From NCBI GenBank assembly GCA_964244735.1, contig CAXTJT010000006.1, positions 149,041-213,040 on the forward strand: a stretch of DNA of 64,000 bases. Reading direction: 5' to 3'. The stretch's first letter is position 1; the number at the start of each line of letters is the position of its first letter. The DNA is from an uncultured Tardiphaga sp. (lineage in GTDB: Bacteria > Pseudomonadota > Alphaproteobacteria > Rhizobiales > Xanthobacteraceae). Position numbers and translations under genes: made by a program. A model generated the notes under the pieces. That model searched no databases. It was not told the origin of the DNA and was given only the letters and a program-made list of their open reading frames with translations. Of this stretch, positions 46,586 through 56,312 are shown in pieces.

Positions 46586-47812
46586 TCAATTCGTCGCGTC
46601 GGCGCCGATGACCTCGCCGAACAATTCCCACTTCTCGCCCTTGAACCGCATCAACTGCAACTGGTTGATCGGGGCGAAATCCGTGGCGCTGGTGCTGATC
46701 TTGATGCCGGGCAGCAGCACTTCGGTGCGGAAGTCCTTCAGGCTCGCCGCCTGCTTCATGACGTTCTCGCGCGTGAGATCGTCGCCGCACTGCTTGAGCA
46801 CCTGCACCAGCGTTTGCGCCACGCCGTAGCCGACCACGACGCTGCTGTCGAGCTTGTTGCCCTCGGGGAAGTCTTTTTCGAGGAAGGCATAGAAGGCCTT
46901 CATGCCGGGATCGTTGTCCCACTGCGGATCGGACGCATCCTTCGCATAGGCCGCCGAAATGACGTTCTGCGCGTTTTCATATCCGGCGGGCTTGATGACG
47001 CTGCCGACGGACGCCGACACGTTGTTGAGGAAGTGCAGCGGCTTCCAGCCGATCTCGGCAACCTTCTTGATCGCCTGCGCCGCGAATTTCGGCGTCGTGA
47101 TGTTCACGAACACGTCGGCGTTCGTGCTCTTGAGCTTGACGATGTTGGAATCGATCGTCGGTTGCGAGACCTCGTAGCTGTCCTCGGCGACGATCATCGT
47201 CGCCGCTTTCGCGCCGAGCCCGTCCTTGAGGCCCTTCAGATAGTCCTTGCCGTAATCGTCGTTCTGGAACAGCACGGCGATCTTGGCGTCCGGCCTTTCC
47301 TTGAGCAGGTACTTCGCATAGATCTGCGTCTCGCTCTGGTAGTTGGGCTGCCAGCCCATCGTCCAGGGATAGTCCTTGGCGTCGTTCCATTTGGTCGCGC
47401 CGGTGGCGACGAACAGTTGCGGCACCTTCTTGGCGTTCATGTATTTGTGGATCGCCGAGTTCGGCGGCGTGCCGAGCGAATTGAAGATCAACAGCACCTC
47501 GTCGCTCTCGACCAGCTTGCGTGCCTGCTCGACCGTCTTCGGCGGCGAATAGGCGTCGTCATAGCTGATGAAATTGATCTTGCGGCCGTTGATGCCGCCG
47601 GCGTCGTTGATCTTCTTGAAATACGCAGCTTCTGTCTTGCCGATGACGCCATAGGCGGAGGCCGGTCCGCTATACGGCATGATGTTGCCGATCTTGATCT
47701 CGGTATCGGAGACGCCGGGACCGTATTTCGTCTGGGCGAATGCGCCGCCGCATGTCGCGAGCATGGCCATGGCGGCCGGCAGCACGGCCAGTCGCAGATG
47801 TCGCTTGAGCAT
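46586..47812 (-). CDS. LivK-type periplasmic substrate-binding protein, paralogue 2
   Basis: MLKRHLRLAVLPAAMAMLATCGGAFA, then QTKYGPGVSDTEIKIGNIMPYSGPASAYG.... Confidence 0.9.
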   Translation of the reverse strand: MLKRHLRLAVLPAAMAMLATCGGAFAQTKYGPGVSDTEIKIGNIMPYSGPASAYGVIGKTEAAYFKKINDAGGINGRKINFISYDDAYSPPKTVEQARKLVESDEVLLIFNSLGTPPNSAIHKYMNAKKVPQLFVATGATKWNDAKDYPWTMGWQPNYQSETQIYAKYLLKERPDAKIAVLFQNDDYGKDYLKGLKDGLGAKAATMIVAEDSYEVSQPTIDSNIVKLKSTNADVFVNITTPKFAAQAIKKVAEIGWKPLHFLNNVSASVGSVIKPAGYENAQNVISAAYAKDASDPQWDNDPGMKAFYAFLEKDFPEGNKLDSSVVVGYGVAQTLVQVLKQCGDDLTRENVMKQAASLKDFRTEVLLPGIKISTSATDFAPINQLQLMRFKGEKWELFGEVIGADATN

Positions 47813-47931
47813 CTTCGTTTCCTCTTGATGGGTTGATGACTGTGTCTGGATTTTTGAACGGGGCTCTGCGGCCCCTGATCGTGAAGCTCTGCGGCTCCTG
47901 GTTCCAGTCAATACCCTCGCGCGCATGGCGG

Positions 47932-47967
47932 CAACAAAAAGCCCCCTGCAAGAGTGTCGCAGGGGGC
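47932..47967 (-). terminator. Rho-independent terminator after binding-protein paralogue 3
   Basis: 9-bp stem gccccctgc/gcagggggc. The minus strand is followed by tttttgttg. Confidence 0.75.
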
Positions 47968-48001
47968 GATGTGGCGCGCGGTCGGCGTCGTTGGTCGGAT
48001 G

Positions 48002-49231
48002 TCAGTTCGTCGTGTCGGCGCTGAAGACCTCGCCGAACAATTCCCACTTGCCGCCCGAAAAGCGCATCATCTGCAACTGCTGGACCGGCGCGAAGTCGGT
48101 CGCCGAGGTGTTGATCGTGACGCCGGGCAACAGCATGTCGGGGGTGAAGTTCTTCAGGCTGGCGGCCTGCTTCATTACGTTCTCGCGGGTCAGGTTGTCG
48201 CCGGCCATCTCGAGCGCCTTGTGCAGCGTCTGCGCCGCCCCGTAGCCATAGACCGTGCCGCTATCGGCCTTGTCGGCACCCGGCATGTACTTGTCCATGA
48301 ACGCATGCCACTTCTTCATGCCCGGATCGTCCTTCCACTGCGCGTCGCCCGGATCCTTGCCGTAATTGGCCGACAGCACGCCCTGCGCATTGTCGAAGCC
48401 GGCGGGCTGCATGACGCTGCCGACGGAAATCGAGACGTTGGTGAGTATCTGCAGCGGCTTCCAGCCGAGTTCGGCGGTCTTCTTGATGGTCTGCGCGGCG
48501 AATTTCGGCGTCGTGTAGATCAGGAACACATCGGGATTCGCGGCCTTGATCTTCACAATATGCGAGTCGATCGTCGGTTCGGAGATCTCGTAGCTTTCCT
48601 CCATGATGATCATCTTGGAGGCCTTGTCGCCGAAGCCGTCCTTGGTGCCTTTCAGGTAGTCCTTTCCGAAGTCGTCGTTCTGATAGAGGATCGCGACCTT
48701 GGCGTCGGGCTTCTCCTTCATCAGATATTTGGCGTAGATCTGGGCTTCGCTCTGGTAGCTGGGCTGCCAGCCGATCGTCCACGGAAAATTCTTCGGATCG
48801 TTCCACTTGGTGGCGCCGGTGGCGACGAAGAGTTGCGGCACCTTCTTGCTGTTGAGATATTTCTGGATGGCCGTGTTCGACGGCGTGCCGAGCGGATTGA
48901 AGACGACGAGCACTTCGTCGCTCTCGACCAGCTTGCGGACCTGCTCGACGGCCTTCGGCGGCGAATAGGCGTCGTCATAGGAAATGAAGCTGACCTTGCG
49001 GCCGTTGATGCCTCCATTCTCGTTGACCATCCGGAAATAGGCTTCCTCGGTCTTGCCGATCACGCCATAGGCGGAGGCGGGACCGCTATACGGCATGATG
49101 TTGCCGACCTTGATTTCGGTATCGGTGGCGCCGGTGTCGTATCTCTTCTGGGCAAGGGCGCTGCCGGACACGGCCACGCCAAGCATGGCGGCGATCGACA
49201 CAGCGGCCACGCGCGAGCGGAATGCGGACAT
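48002..49231 (-). CDS. LivK-type periplasmic substrate-binding protein, paralogue 3
   Basis: MSAFRSRVAAVSIAAMLGVAVSGSALA, then QKRYDTGATDTEIKVGNIMPYSGPASAYG.... Confidence 0.9.
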   Translation of the reverse strand: MSAFRSRVAAVSIAAMLGVAVSGSALAQKRYDTGATDTEIKVGNIMPYSGPASAYGVIGKTEEAYFRMVNENGGINGRKVSFISYDDAYSPPKAVEQVRKLVESDEVLVVFNPLGTPSNTAIQKYLNSKKVPQLFVATGATKWNDPKNFPWTIGWQPSYQSEAQIYAKYLMKEKPDAKVAILYQNDDFGKDYLKGTKDGFGDKASKMIIMEESYEISEPTIDSHIVKIKAANPDVFLIYTTPKFAAQTIKKTAELGWKPLQILTNVSISVGSVMQPAGFDNAQGVLSANYGKDPGDAQWKDDPGMKKWHAFMDKYMPGADKADSGTVYGYGAAQTLHKALEMAGDNLTRENVMKQAASLKNFTPDMLLPGVTINTSATDFAPVQQLQMMRFSGGKWELFGEVFSADTTN

Positions 49232-49321
49232 TGAAGTCTCCTTGAGACGTTTCGGTTTTTGATTCGTTGGATCGTCGAGCTTCTCTGGCTCGGTCCGCAT
49301 TCAACATGGTTCTTGCCGCCA

Positions 49322-49360
49322 TCACAAGAAAAGGCCCCTGCGACTTTTGTCGCAGGGGCC
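49322..49360 (-). terminator. Rho-independent terminator after the LivM-type permease
   Basis: 12-bp stem ggcccctgcgac/gtcgcaggggcc with loop tttt. The minus strand is followed by ttttcttg. Confidence 0.8.
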
Positions 49361-49415
49361 TTGAGTTTGCAGACACGTTTCGTGTTTTGGTTAATCCGGT
49401 TGGCGATCCGTTCAG

Positions 49416-50435
49416 CTACCGTCGCAGCTTCCCGATCCAGTGCTGAAGCGTATAAGCGAGCTGGCGCGCGCCGTTCGGCAGCAAAAAGATGATAATGATC
49501 AGAATGACGCCGAACACGGCGCCGGACAGGCCCTTCGAGATGCCTTCCGCGATGTTCGGCACGAACACGATGAAGGCCGCACCCGCCAGCGAGCCGGGCA
49601 GCCAGCCGACGCCGCCCACCACCATGCCCAAAAACAATGCGATCGCGAGCTGGATCGTGTAGCCGTCCGGCGCCACGAACTGCACGGCGATCGCGCCGAG
49701 GCCGCCGGCCACGCCGGTGATGCCGGCCGAAACGCCGAAGGCAAGCGTCTTGTAGAGCGAGACGTCGACGCCCATTGCGGACGCCGCGATCTCGTTGTCG
49801 CGGATCGCCATCATCGCGCGGCCCGAGCGCGAGCGCAGCAGGTTGACGGAGAAGATGTAGATCGCGATCGAGATCGCCAGCGTGAAGTAATACAGCCACA
49901 TGTCCTGCGACAGCGGCAGGCCGAACGGCGCGTCCGGTTTGGTGACGACGAGGCCCTGCACGCCGCCGGTCCAGTGCTCGAACACGCCGAGCTTCAGCAA
50001 TTGCGGCATCGCCGTCGCCAAAGCGAACGTCGCCAGCGCGAGATACACGCCGGACAGCCGCAGCGCCGGCAGGCCGAACAGAAAACCGGCGGCGAAGCAG
50101 ATCACGCCGGCCACCGGAAGCGTCAGCGCGTAATTGATGTTCGCGTGTTCCATCAGAATCGCCGACGTGTAGGCGCCGAGCGCGTAGAACGCGCTCTGAC
50201 CCAGCGAGAATTGCCCGCTGCCGCCGGTCAGGATGTTCAGCGCCAGCACGGCGATGGCGTAGATCAGCCACATCGTCATCTGGAAGATGATGAAGTTCTT
50301 CACAAACAACGGCGTCACGATCAGCAGCGCGAGGATGACGAGCGACGCGAGCGGACCGAGCGCCATCGCCTTCTTGGTCGGAACGACGACGGCCGGCGCG
50401 TTGACGGCAGTTTCCTGGAGTGCGCTCATGATCAA
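49416..50435 (-). CDS. LivM-type ABC permease
   Basis: Polytopic: ...LTGGSGQFSLGQSAFYALGAYTSAIL.... Confidence 0.9.
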   Translation of the reverse strand: MIMSALQETAVNAPAVVVPTKKAMALGPLASLVILALLIVTPLFVKNFIIFQMTMWLIYAIAVLALNILTGGSGQFSLGQSAFYALGAYTSAILMEHANINYALTLPVAGVICFAAGFLFGLPALRLSGVYLALATFALATAMPQLLKLGVFEHWTGGVQGLVVTKPDAPFGLPLSQDMWLYYFTLAISIAIYIFSVNLLRSRSGRAMMAIRDNEIAASAMGVDVSLYKTLAFGVSAGITGVAGGLGAIAVQFVAPDGYTIQLAIALFLGMVVGGVGWLPGSLAGAAFIVFVPNIAEGISKGLSGAVFGVILIIIIFLLPNGARQLAYTLQHWIGKLRR

Positions 50436-51310
50436 ACTCGCTTCACGATGGGACGACCGAACAGACCGGCCGGTTTGACGACCAGCACGACGATGATGAG
50501 AGCCAGCGCGATCGGCAGCTTGAGTTCATTGCCGACGCCCGGAATATAGGTGCCGACGAGGTTCTCGAAGACGCCGACGAGGAAGCCGCCGACCACCGCG
50601 CCGAGCGGGCTGGTCAAGCCGCCGACGACGGCCGCGGCAAATCCGTAGATCAGCACCCCGCCCATCATGTTCGGTTCGAGAAACACCACGGGCGCGATCA
50701 GCATGCCGGCGATCGAGCCGATCGCCGCCGCCATGCCCCAGCCGAGCGCCACCATCCACGAGGTGTTGATTCCGACCAGCCGCGCCGATTCCGGCTGTGC
50801 GGCGGCGGCGCGCATCGCCAGACCGACGCGGGTGAAGCGGAAGAACGAAAACAGCAGAACCAGAAGCACGATGGTGACGCCGATCATGCCGGCCTGATGG
50901 GTCGAGATCAGTTGGCTGCCCATGAATGGCGACGAGCCGAACGGTGTCGGGAACTGCTTGATCGTGAAGTCCCAGGTCAGGCCGGCCACCGAGTTGATGA
51001 TGGCGAACAGCGCGATGAAACCCGCGACATGGGTGAGGATCGGCGCATTGGCCAGCGGCTTGAACAGCGCCCGCTCGATGACGACGCCGCCGGCGAAAGA
51101 CAGGGCCAGCGTCAGCACGAACGCGCCCCAATAAGGGATTCCCCACTGCATCAATTGCCAGGCGACGAATGTCGAGAACATCGCCATTTCGCCTTGCGCA
51201 AAATTGAGGTGGTCGATGGCCTGGTAGATCATCACGACGGCCAGCGCCATGCAGGCGTAGATCGCGCCCGTTGCGATGCCGGCCAGCACCTGGTTGGTAA
51301 ACAGCTCCAT
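50432..51310 (-). CDS. LivH-type ABC permease
   Basis: MELFTNQVLAGIATGAIYACMALAVVMIYQAIDHLNFAQGEMAMF.... Confidence 0.9.
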   Translation of the reverse strand: MELFTNQVLAGIATGAIYACMALAVVMIYQAIDHLNFAQGEMAMFSTFVAWQLMQWGIPYWGAFVLTLALSFAGGVVIERALFKPLANAPILTHVAGFIALFAIINSVAGLTWDFTIKQFPTPFGSSPFMGSQLISTHQAGMIGVTIVLLVLLFSFFRFTRVGLAMRAAAAQPESARLVGINTSWMVALGWGMAAAIGSIAGMLIAPVVFLEPNMMGGVLIYGFAAAVVGGLTSPLGAVVGGFLVGVFENLVGTYIPGVGNELKLPIALALIIVVLVVKPAGLFGRPIVKRV

Positions 51311-51334
51311 GGTTTTTCCCCTGCTTAAGCCGGC

Positions 51335-52048
51335 TCAGTAGCCAAGATAGGATTTGCGGACGTCTTCATTGTTCGCGATCTCGTCGGCGGTGCCGGACAT
51401 CACGATGCGTCCTGTTTCGATGACATAGGCCTTCTCGGCCAGCTCGAGCGCGAGTTGCGCGTTCTGCTCGACGACGAGAATGCTGACCTTGTCCTCGCGG
51501 TTGATCTTGCCGAGGATCTTGAAGAGGTCGCGCACGATCAGCGGCGCGAGCCCGAAGGACGGCTCGTCCAGCAGCATCAGGCGAGGCCGCAGCATCAGCG
51601 CGCGGGCGACCGCGAGCATCTGCTGTTCGCCGCCGGACAGCGTGCCGGCCTGCTGGGTGTGGCGCTGCTTCAGCACCGGGAAGTGGTCGTACATCCGCTC
51701 GATGTCGTCGGGGATGTTCTTGGTGTCGCTGCGGCTGATCGCGCCGAGTTGCAGGTTCTCCTCGACGGTCAGAGTCGTGAAGGTGCCGCGGCCCTGCGGC
51801 ACATGGGCGATGCCAAGCCGCACCACGTTTTCCGTGGACTTGCCGGTGATCGGCTTGCCCTCGAACTCGATCGTGCCGGTCGAGCGCACCATGTTGCAGA
51901 TCGCGCGCAACGTCGTGGTCTTGCCTGCGCCGTTGGCGCCGAGCAGCGTGACGAGGCTGCCTTCGTTGAGCGCGAACTCCATGCCGTGGAGCGCCTGGAC
52001 CTGGCCGTAATAGGCGCGCAGGTCCTTGACGTTGAGCATCGCGGTCAT
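51335..52048 (-). CDS. LivF-type ABC ATPase
   Basis: GANGAGKTTTLR, LSGGEQQMLAVARAL and LMLLDEPSFGLAP. Confidence 0.9.
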   Translation of the reverse strand: MTAMLNVKDLRAYYGQVQALHGMEFALNEGSLVTLLGANGAGKTTTLRAICNMVRSTGTIEFEGKPITGKSTENVVRLGIAHVPQGRGTFTTLTVEENLQLGAISRSDTKNIPDDIERMYDHFPVLKQRHTQQAGTLSGGEQQMLAVARALMLRPRLMLLDEPSFGLAPLIVRDLFKILGKINREDKVSILVVEQNAQLALELAEKAYVIETGRIVMSGTADEIANNEDVRKSYLGY

Positions 52049-52863
52049 GAGTTTTTGTCTCCCAGATAGGCCTTGATGACTTCCGGGTCGGACTGCACCT
52101 GCGACGGCGTGCCTTCCGCAAGCTTGCGGCCGAAATTCAGCGCGACGACATGATCGGCGATCGACATCACGAGGCCCATGTGGTGCTCGACGAGCAGCAC
52201 GGTGACACCGCGATCGTCGCGGACGCGGCGAATGAGATCGCCGAGGATATGAACTTCTTCATGGTTGAGCCCGCCGGCGGGCTCGTCGAGCAGCAGGATC
52301 TTCGGCTCTGCCGCGAGAGCCCGCGCCAGCTCGACGCGCTTTTGGGTGCCGAACGGAAGCCCCGCGACCGGCGTATGCGCCACATCGTTCAACTCGAGAT
52401 AGTCGACGATCTCGTGAACGCGGTCGTTGAGGTTTTTTTCGCCCTTGCGCACCCATGGCAGCTTCAGGCTGTCGCTGATGATGTCGCTGTTGGTTTTGGC
52501 GTGGGTGCCGACGCGGACATTGTCCAGCACCGACATGTTCGGGAACAGAGCGACGTTCTGGAAGGTGCGGCCGATGCCGATTTCGGAAATCTTGTGCGGC
52601 GGGCGTTTGAGAATGCTCTCGCCCTCCATCAGAATGTCGCCCTTGCTCGGCTGGTAGAGTCGGGACAGGCAGTTGAACAGCGTCGTCTTGCCGGCGCCGT
52701 TCGGGCCGATCAGGCCGAGGATGTGGCCCTGCTTCATGTCGAAGGACACGCCGTTCAGCGCGATGATGCCGCCGAACACGACGCTGACGTCCTTGACTTC
52801 AAGCAGCGGGCGGCCGGATGCGGCGACGCGCAGCGACGCGGTCTGTTGCTGGGCCTGCATCAT
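52045..52863 (-). CDS. LivG-type ABC ATPase
   Basis: GPNGAGKTTLFN, LPFGTQKRVELARAL and ILLLDEPAGGLN. ATG 52863 or 52860 preferred to GTG 52869. Confidence 0.9.
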   Translation of the reverse strand: MMQAQQQTASLRVAASGRPLLEVKDVSVVFGGIIALNGVSFDMKQGHILGLIGPNGAGKTTLFNCLSRLYQPSKGDILMEGESILKRPPHKISEIGIGRTFQNVALFPNMSVLDNVRVGTHAKTNSDIISDSLKLPWVRKGEKNLNDRVHEIVDYLELNDVAHTPVAGLPFGTQKRVELARALAAEPKILLLDEPAGGLNHEEVHILGDLIRRVRDDRGVTVLLVEHHMGLVMSIADHVVALNFGRKLAEGTPSQVQSDPEVIKAYLGDKNS

Positions 52864-52947
52864 GCGCACAATTCCTCGAGAAGGAAATTGCGCTCGTTTG
52901 CGCGCATGCAGGGCACGGCGCAGAGCGCGGCGACATGATGATGAAAA

Positions 52948-53889
52948 TTATCGAATGCCCTCAACCACACGCGCAAGTTTTCCTCCTGACTTTGATTTTT
53001 TGTTGTCGGTTTTTTTAGGCGATGGCCCGGTTGTCCCACCGACCGCCGCCTCGATTTGTCTTACCATCGACACGAGACGAGGTCCAATGTCGTCACGCAG
53101 ACGATCTTCCGTGAAACGGAATGCCGGCGCGCCGCAATTGAAGGCATAGGGACCAGTGCCGTCGTTCAGCGCCAACGCGACGCCGACCGCATGGACATCG
53201 TCCTGCCACTCGCCGACGGAGATCGCGTATCCATATTCCGAAACGTCGTCGCCGGCACGGTCGATGCCGTCGCGAATGCGCGACCAGCGGCTGCCGTAAT
53301 GCTCGCGCATCTCCCGCATCAAGGCGATGCGATCATCGGTGGGCAACGCCCACAGATAAGCGCGTCCCATCGCCGTCGTCGCAATCGGAATTCGCGAGCC
53401 GACATCGAGTTGCACGCCGACCGTGAGGTTGGAACGGCTCTGCCCGACATAGATCATGCTCAAGCGATCGCGCGCGCCGATCGCGACCGCGCCGCCGGTC
53501 TCGCGCATGAGATCGTCCCGAAACGATTCCGACAGGTGCCTGATGCCGAGGTTCGCAAGCGCAGCATAGCCCAGCGCCATCGCAGCCGGCGCCAGTTGAT
53601 ACTTCTCGAAGCGCGGGATCGGTGTAAGGTAGCCGAGCTTCGTGAGCGTATGCGTCAACCGCGACACGGTTGGCTTCGGCAATTTGGTGCGGGCCGCAAT
53701 CTCCTGATTGCCAAGAAGCCCGTCATTGGGATGAAATGCACGCAAGACCTCAAGACCACGCGCCAGCGCGACGACGAAGCTGCGATCGCCGTTCGCGATC
53801 GTTGCCGTGCGCCCCTTTGCTTTCGGCGATTTGTTCGCCGTTAGTTTACCAACCGCAATTCTTGCGATCGGCGTCTTGCTTCGCTTCAT
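52948..53889 (-). CDS. IclR-family transcriptional regulator
   Basis: SFVVALARGLEVLRAF...NQEIAARTKLPKPTVSRLTHTLTKLGYL (HTH) plus an IclR effector domain. Confidence 0.85.
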   Translation of the reverse strand: MKRSKTPIARIAVGKLTANKSPKAKGRTATIANGDRSFVVALARGLEVLRAFHPNDGLLGNQEIAARTKLPKPTVSRLTHTLTKLGYLTPIPRFEKYQLAPAAMALGYAALANLGIRHLSESFRDDLMRETGGAVAIGARDRLSMIYVGQSRSNLTVGVQLDVGSRIPIATTAMGRAYLWALPTDDRIALMREMREHYGSRWSRIRDGIDRAGDDVSEYGYAISVGEWQDDVHAVGVALALNDGTGPYAFNCGAPAFRFTEDRLRDDIGPRLVSMVRQIEAAVGGTTGPSPKKTDNKKSKSGGKLARVVEGIR

Positions 53890-53966
53890 TCGCGGAATGC
53901 TTTTCTAGACTGCGCGCCGATCTCGTTGACAATCGACGCTGTTCAAAATAACCCTCGCTGTCAAGG

Positions 53967-53985
53967 TGCGGAATTAAATTCCGCA
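53967..53985. promoter_or_regulatory. Perfect 9-1-9 palindrome, candidate IclR operator in front of the pim-like operon
   Basis: TGCGGAATT-A-AATTCCGCA lies between a TTGACA hexamer (53926-53931) and the RBS/GTG at 54025. Confidence 0.5.
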
Positions 53986-54024
53986 GTGCGAAACAGGCGA
54001 AAAGAACCTCTAGGGAGAATACGC

Positions 54025-56109
54025 GTGAGCGAAGTGGTCACTCAAGAACACCATGACAACATTGCCGTCGTCACCATCGACAGCCCGCCGGTAAACGCGC
54101 TGAGCGCGGCAGTTCGTCGCGGCATCTTCGAGAACATCAAAACCGCCGCCGCGGACCCCAGGATCGACGCCATCGTGCTCACCTGTGGCGGCCGGACCTT
54201 CATCGCTGGCGCCGACATCACCGAATTCGGCAAGCCGCCGCAGGAGCCCGGCCTCAACGAAGTCATCTCCACGATCGAGACGTGCGGCAAGCCGGTCGTC
54301 GCCGCGATCCACGGCACGGCGTTGGGCGGCGGTCTCGAAGTCGCGCTCGGCTGCCACTTCCGCGTCGCGGTCAAGGAGGCCAGGCTCGGCCTGCCCGAAG
54401 TGAAGCTCGGCCTGCTGCCCGGCGCCGGCGGCACGCAGCGCCTGCCCCGCGCCGTCGGGCCTGAGCTGGCCGTCAAGATGATCGTCGGCGGCGACCCGAT
54501 CAGCGCGCCGGAAGCGTTGAAGGAAGGCCTCATCGAGGAAGTCGTCGAGGATCGCGTGCAGGGCGGCATCGCCTTTGCGAAAAAGGTGCTCGCCGAGAAG
54601 CGCCCGCTGCGCAAGCTGCGCGACGACGACAGCAAGCTCGCCGCCGCCAAGGCCGACCGCTCGATCTTCACCAACGCCGTCGCGGCGATGACCAAGAAGG
54701 CGCGCGGCCTCGAAGCGCCGTTCGCCGCCGCCGACGCGGTCGGCGCGGCGATCGACCACCCCTTCGATCAGGGCCTCAAGCTGGAGCGCGAGGGCTTCCT
54801 CAAGCTCGTCACCGGCGATCAGTCGAAGGCGCAGCGTTATGCGTTCTTCGCCGAGCGCGAGGCCGCCAAGGTCGCCGGCGTGCCGGAGGGCACCAAGCCG
54901 CGCCCGGTCGCGCGCGTCGCCATCGTCGGCGCGGGCACCATGGGCGGCGGCATCGCAATGTCCTTTGCCAATGCCGGCATTCCGGTCACGCTGATCGAGA
55001 CCGGCGAGGAACAACTGAAGCGCGGCATGGGCACCATGCAGAAGAACTACGAGGCCACCGCCGCGCGCGGCGGCATCCCGGCCGACGCCCCGGCCAAGCG
55101 CATGGGGCTCGTCACCGGCGTCGTCGGGCTTGAGAATGTCAAGGACGCCGACCTCATCATCGAGGCGGTGTTCGAGACCATGCAGATCAAGAAGGACGTG
55201 TTCACGCAGCTCGACGCCTATGCCAAGCCCGGCGCGGTGCTGGCGTCCAACACCTCCTACCTCAACATCAACGAGATCGCCGCCGTCACCAAGCGGCCGC
55301 AGGACGTGCTCGGCATGCACTTCTTCTCGCCCGCCAATGTGATGAAGCTGTGCGAGATCGTCCGCGCCGAAAAGACCGCGCCGGATGCGCTTTTGACGGC
55401 TGTCGCCGTTGCGCGACAGATCGCCAAGGTGCCGGCCGTGGTCGGCGTCTGCGACGGCTTCGTCGGCAACCGCATGCTGGCGCAGCGCGGCAAGCAGTCC
55501 GAGAAGATGCTGTATGAAGGCGCGCTGCCGCAGCAGGTCGATGCCGTCGTCACCAAATTCGGCCTGCCGATGGGCCCGTTCGCGATGGGCGATCTCGCCG
55601 GTCTGGATATCGGCTGGCGCTCGCGGCAGGATCGCGGCATCACCTCGCCGATCGGCGACGCGTTGTACGAAGCCGGCCGTCACGGTCAGAAGACCCAGAA
55701 GGGCTACTACAAATATGAGAGCGGCTCGCGCGCGCCGCTGCCCGATCCGGAGGTCGAGAAGCTGATCGAGGAGACCGTGGCCAAGCTCGGCATCAAGCGT
55801 CGTCAGATCGGAGACGACGAAATTCTGGAGCGCATGGTCTATCCGATGATCAACGAAGGCGCGCGCATCCTCGAGGAAAAGGTCGCGTCGCGTCCGAGCG
55901 ACATCGATATCATCTGGCTCTACGGCTATGGCTGGCCGATCTATCGCGGCGGCCCGATGCATTATGCCGACAGCGTCGGCCTCGGGCACGTCGCCGACCG
56001 CCTCGCTTACTATGCCAGGGAAACCAACGACCCGTCGCTCGAACCGGCACCGTTGCTGAAGAGGTTGGCGGATGAGGGCAAAACCTTCGCGTCGCTGGCG
56101 AAGGGGTGA
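54025..56109 (+). CDS. Bifunctional enoyl-CoA hydratase / 3-hydroxyacyl-CoA dehydrogenase (FadB/PimF-like)
   Basis: Crotonase N-domain (VVTIDSPPVNAL...AAIHGTALGGGLEVAL) plus a Rossmann VAIVGAGTMGGGIA 3HCDH domain. GTG 54025 with GGGAGA RBS. Confidence 0.9.
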   Translation: MSEVVTQEHHDNIAVVTIDSPPVNALSAAVRRGIFENIKTAAADPRIDAIVLTCGGRTFIAGADITEFGKPPQEPGLNEVISTIETCGKPVVAAIHGTALGGGLEVALGCHFRVAVKEARLGLPEVKLGLLPGAGGTQRLPRAVGPELAVKMIVGGDPISAPEALKEGLIEEVVEDRVQGGIAFAKKVLAEKRPLRKLRDDDSKLAAAKADRSIFTNAVAAMTKKARGLEAPFAAADAVGAAIDHPFDQGLKLEREGFLKLVTGDQSKAQRYAFFAEREAAKVAGVPEGTKPRPVARVAIVGAGTMGGGIAMSFANAGIPVTLIETGEEQLKRGMGTMQKNYEATAARGGIPADAPAKRMGLVTGVVGLENVKDADLIIEAVFETMQIKKDVFTQLDAYAKPGAVLASNTSYLNINEIAAVTKRPQDVLGMHFFSPANVMKLCEIVRAEKTAPDALLTAVAVARQIAKVPAVVGVCDGFVGNRMLAQRGKQSEKMLYEGALPQQVDAVVTKFGLPMGPFAMGDLAGLDIGWRSRQDRGITSPIGDALYEAGRHGQKTQKGYYKYESGSRAPLPDPEVEKLIEETVAKLGIKRRQIGDDEILERMVYPMINEGARILEEKVASRPSDIDIIWLYGYGWPIYRGGPMHYADSVGLGHVADRLAYYARETNDPSLEPAPLLKRLADEGKTFASLAKG

Positions 56110-56142
56110 TGCTAACGAGGCGCCTCAACACGCACTGCCTCA

Positions 56143-56265
56143 CCTCTCCCCGCGTGCGGGGAGAGGTCGGAGGCTAGCGAAGCGAAGCCTCCGGGTGAGG
56201 GGGCGTCTCGATTTGACAAGAGCCCCTCATCCCAACCTTCTCCCCGTAAGGACGGGGAGAAGGAG
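56143..56265. repeat. Family C inverted pair with only ~19 bp between the arms
   Basis: cctctccccgcgtgcggggagagg...ccgggtgaggggg (ends 56203), then cccctcatcccaaccttctccccgtaaggacggggagaaggag (56223-56265). Confidence 0.75.
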
Positions 56266-56312
56266 CACGCTGCCACTCGCTCCACGTCATCGCATTTCAC
56301 TCTGGAAGTTGA

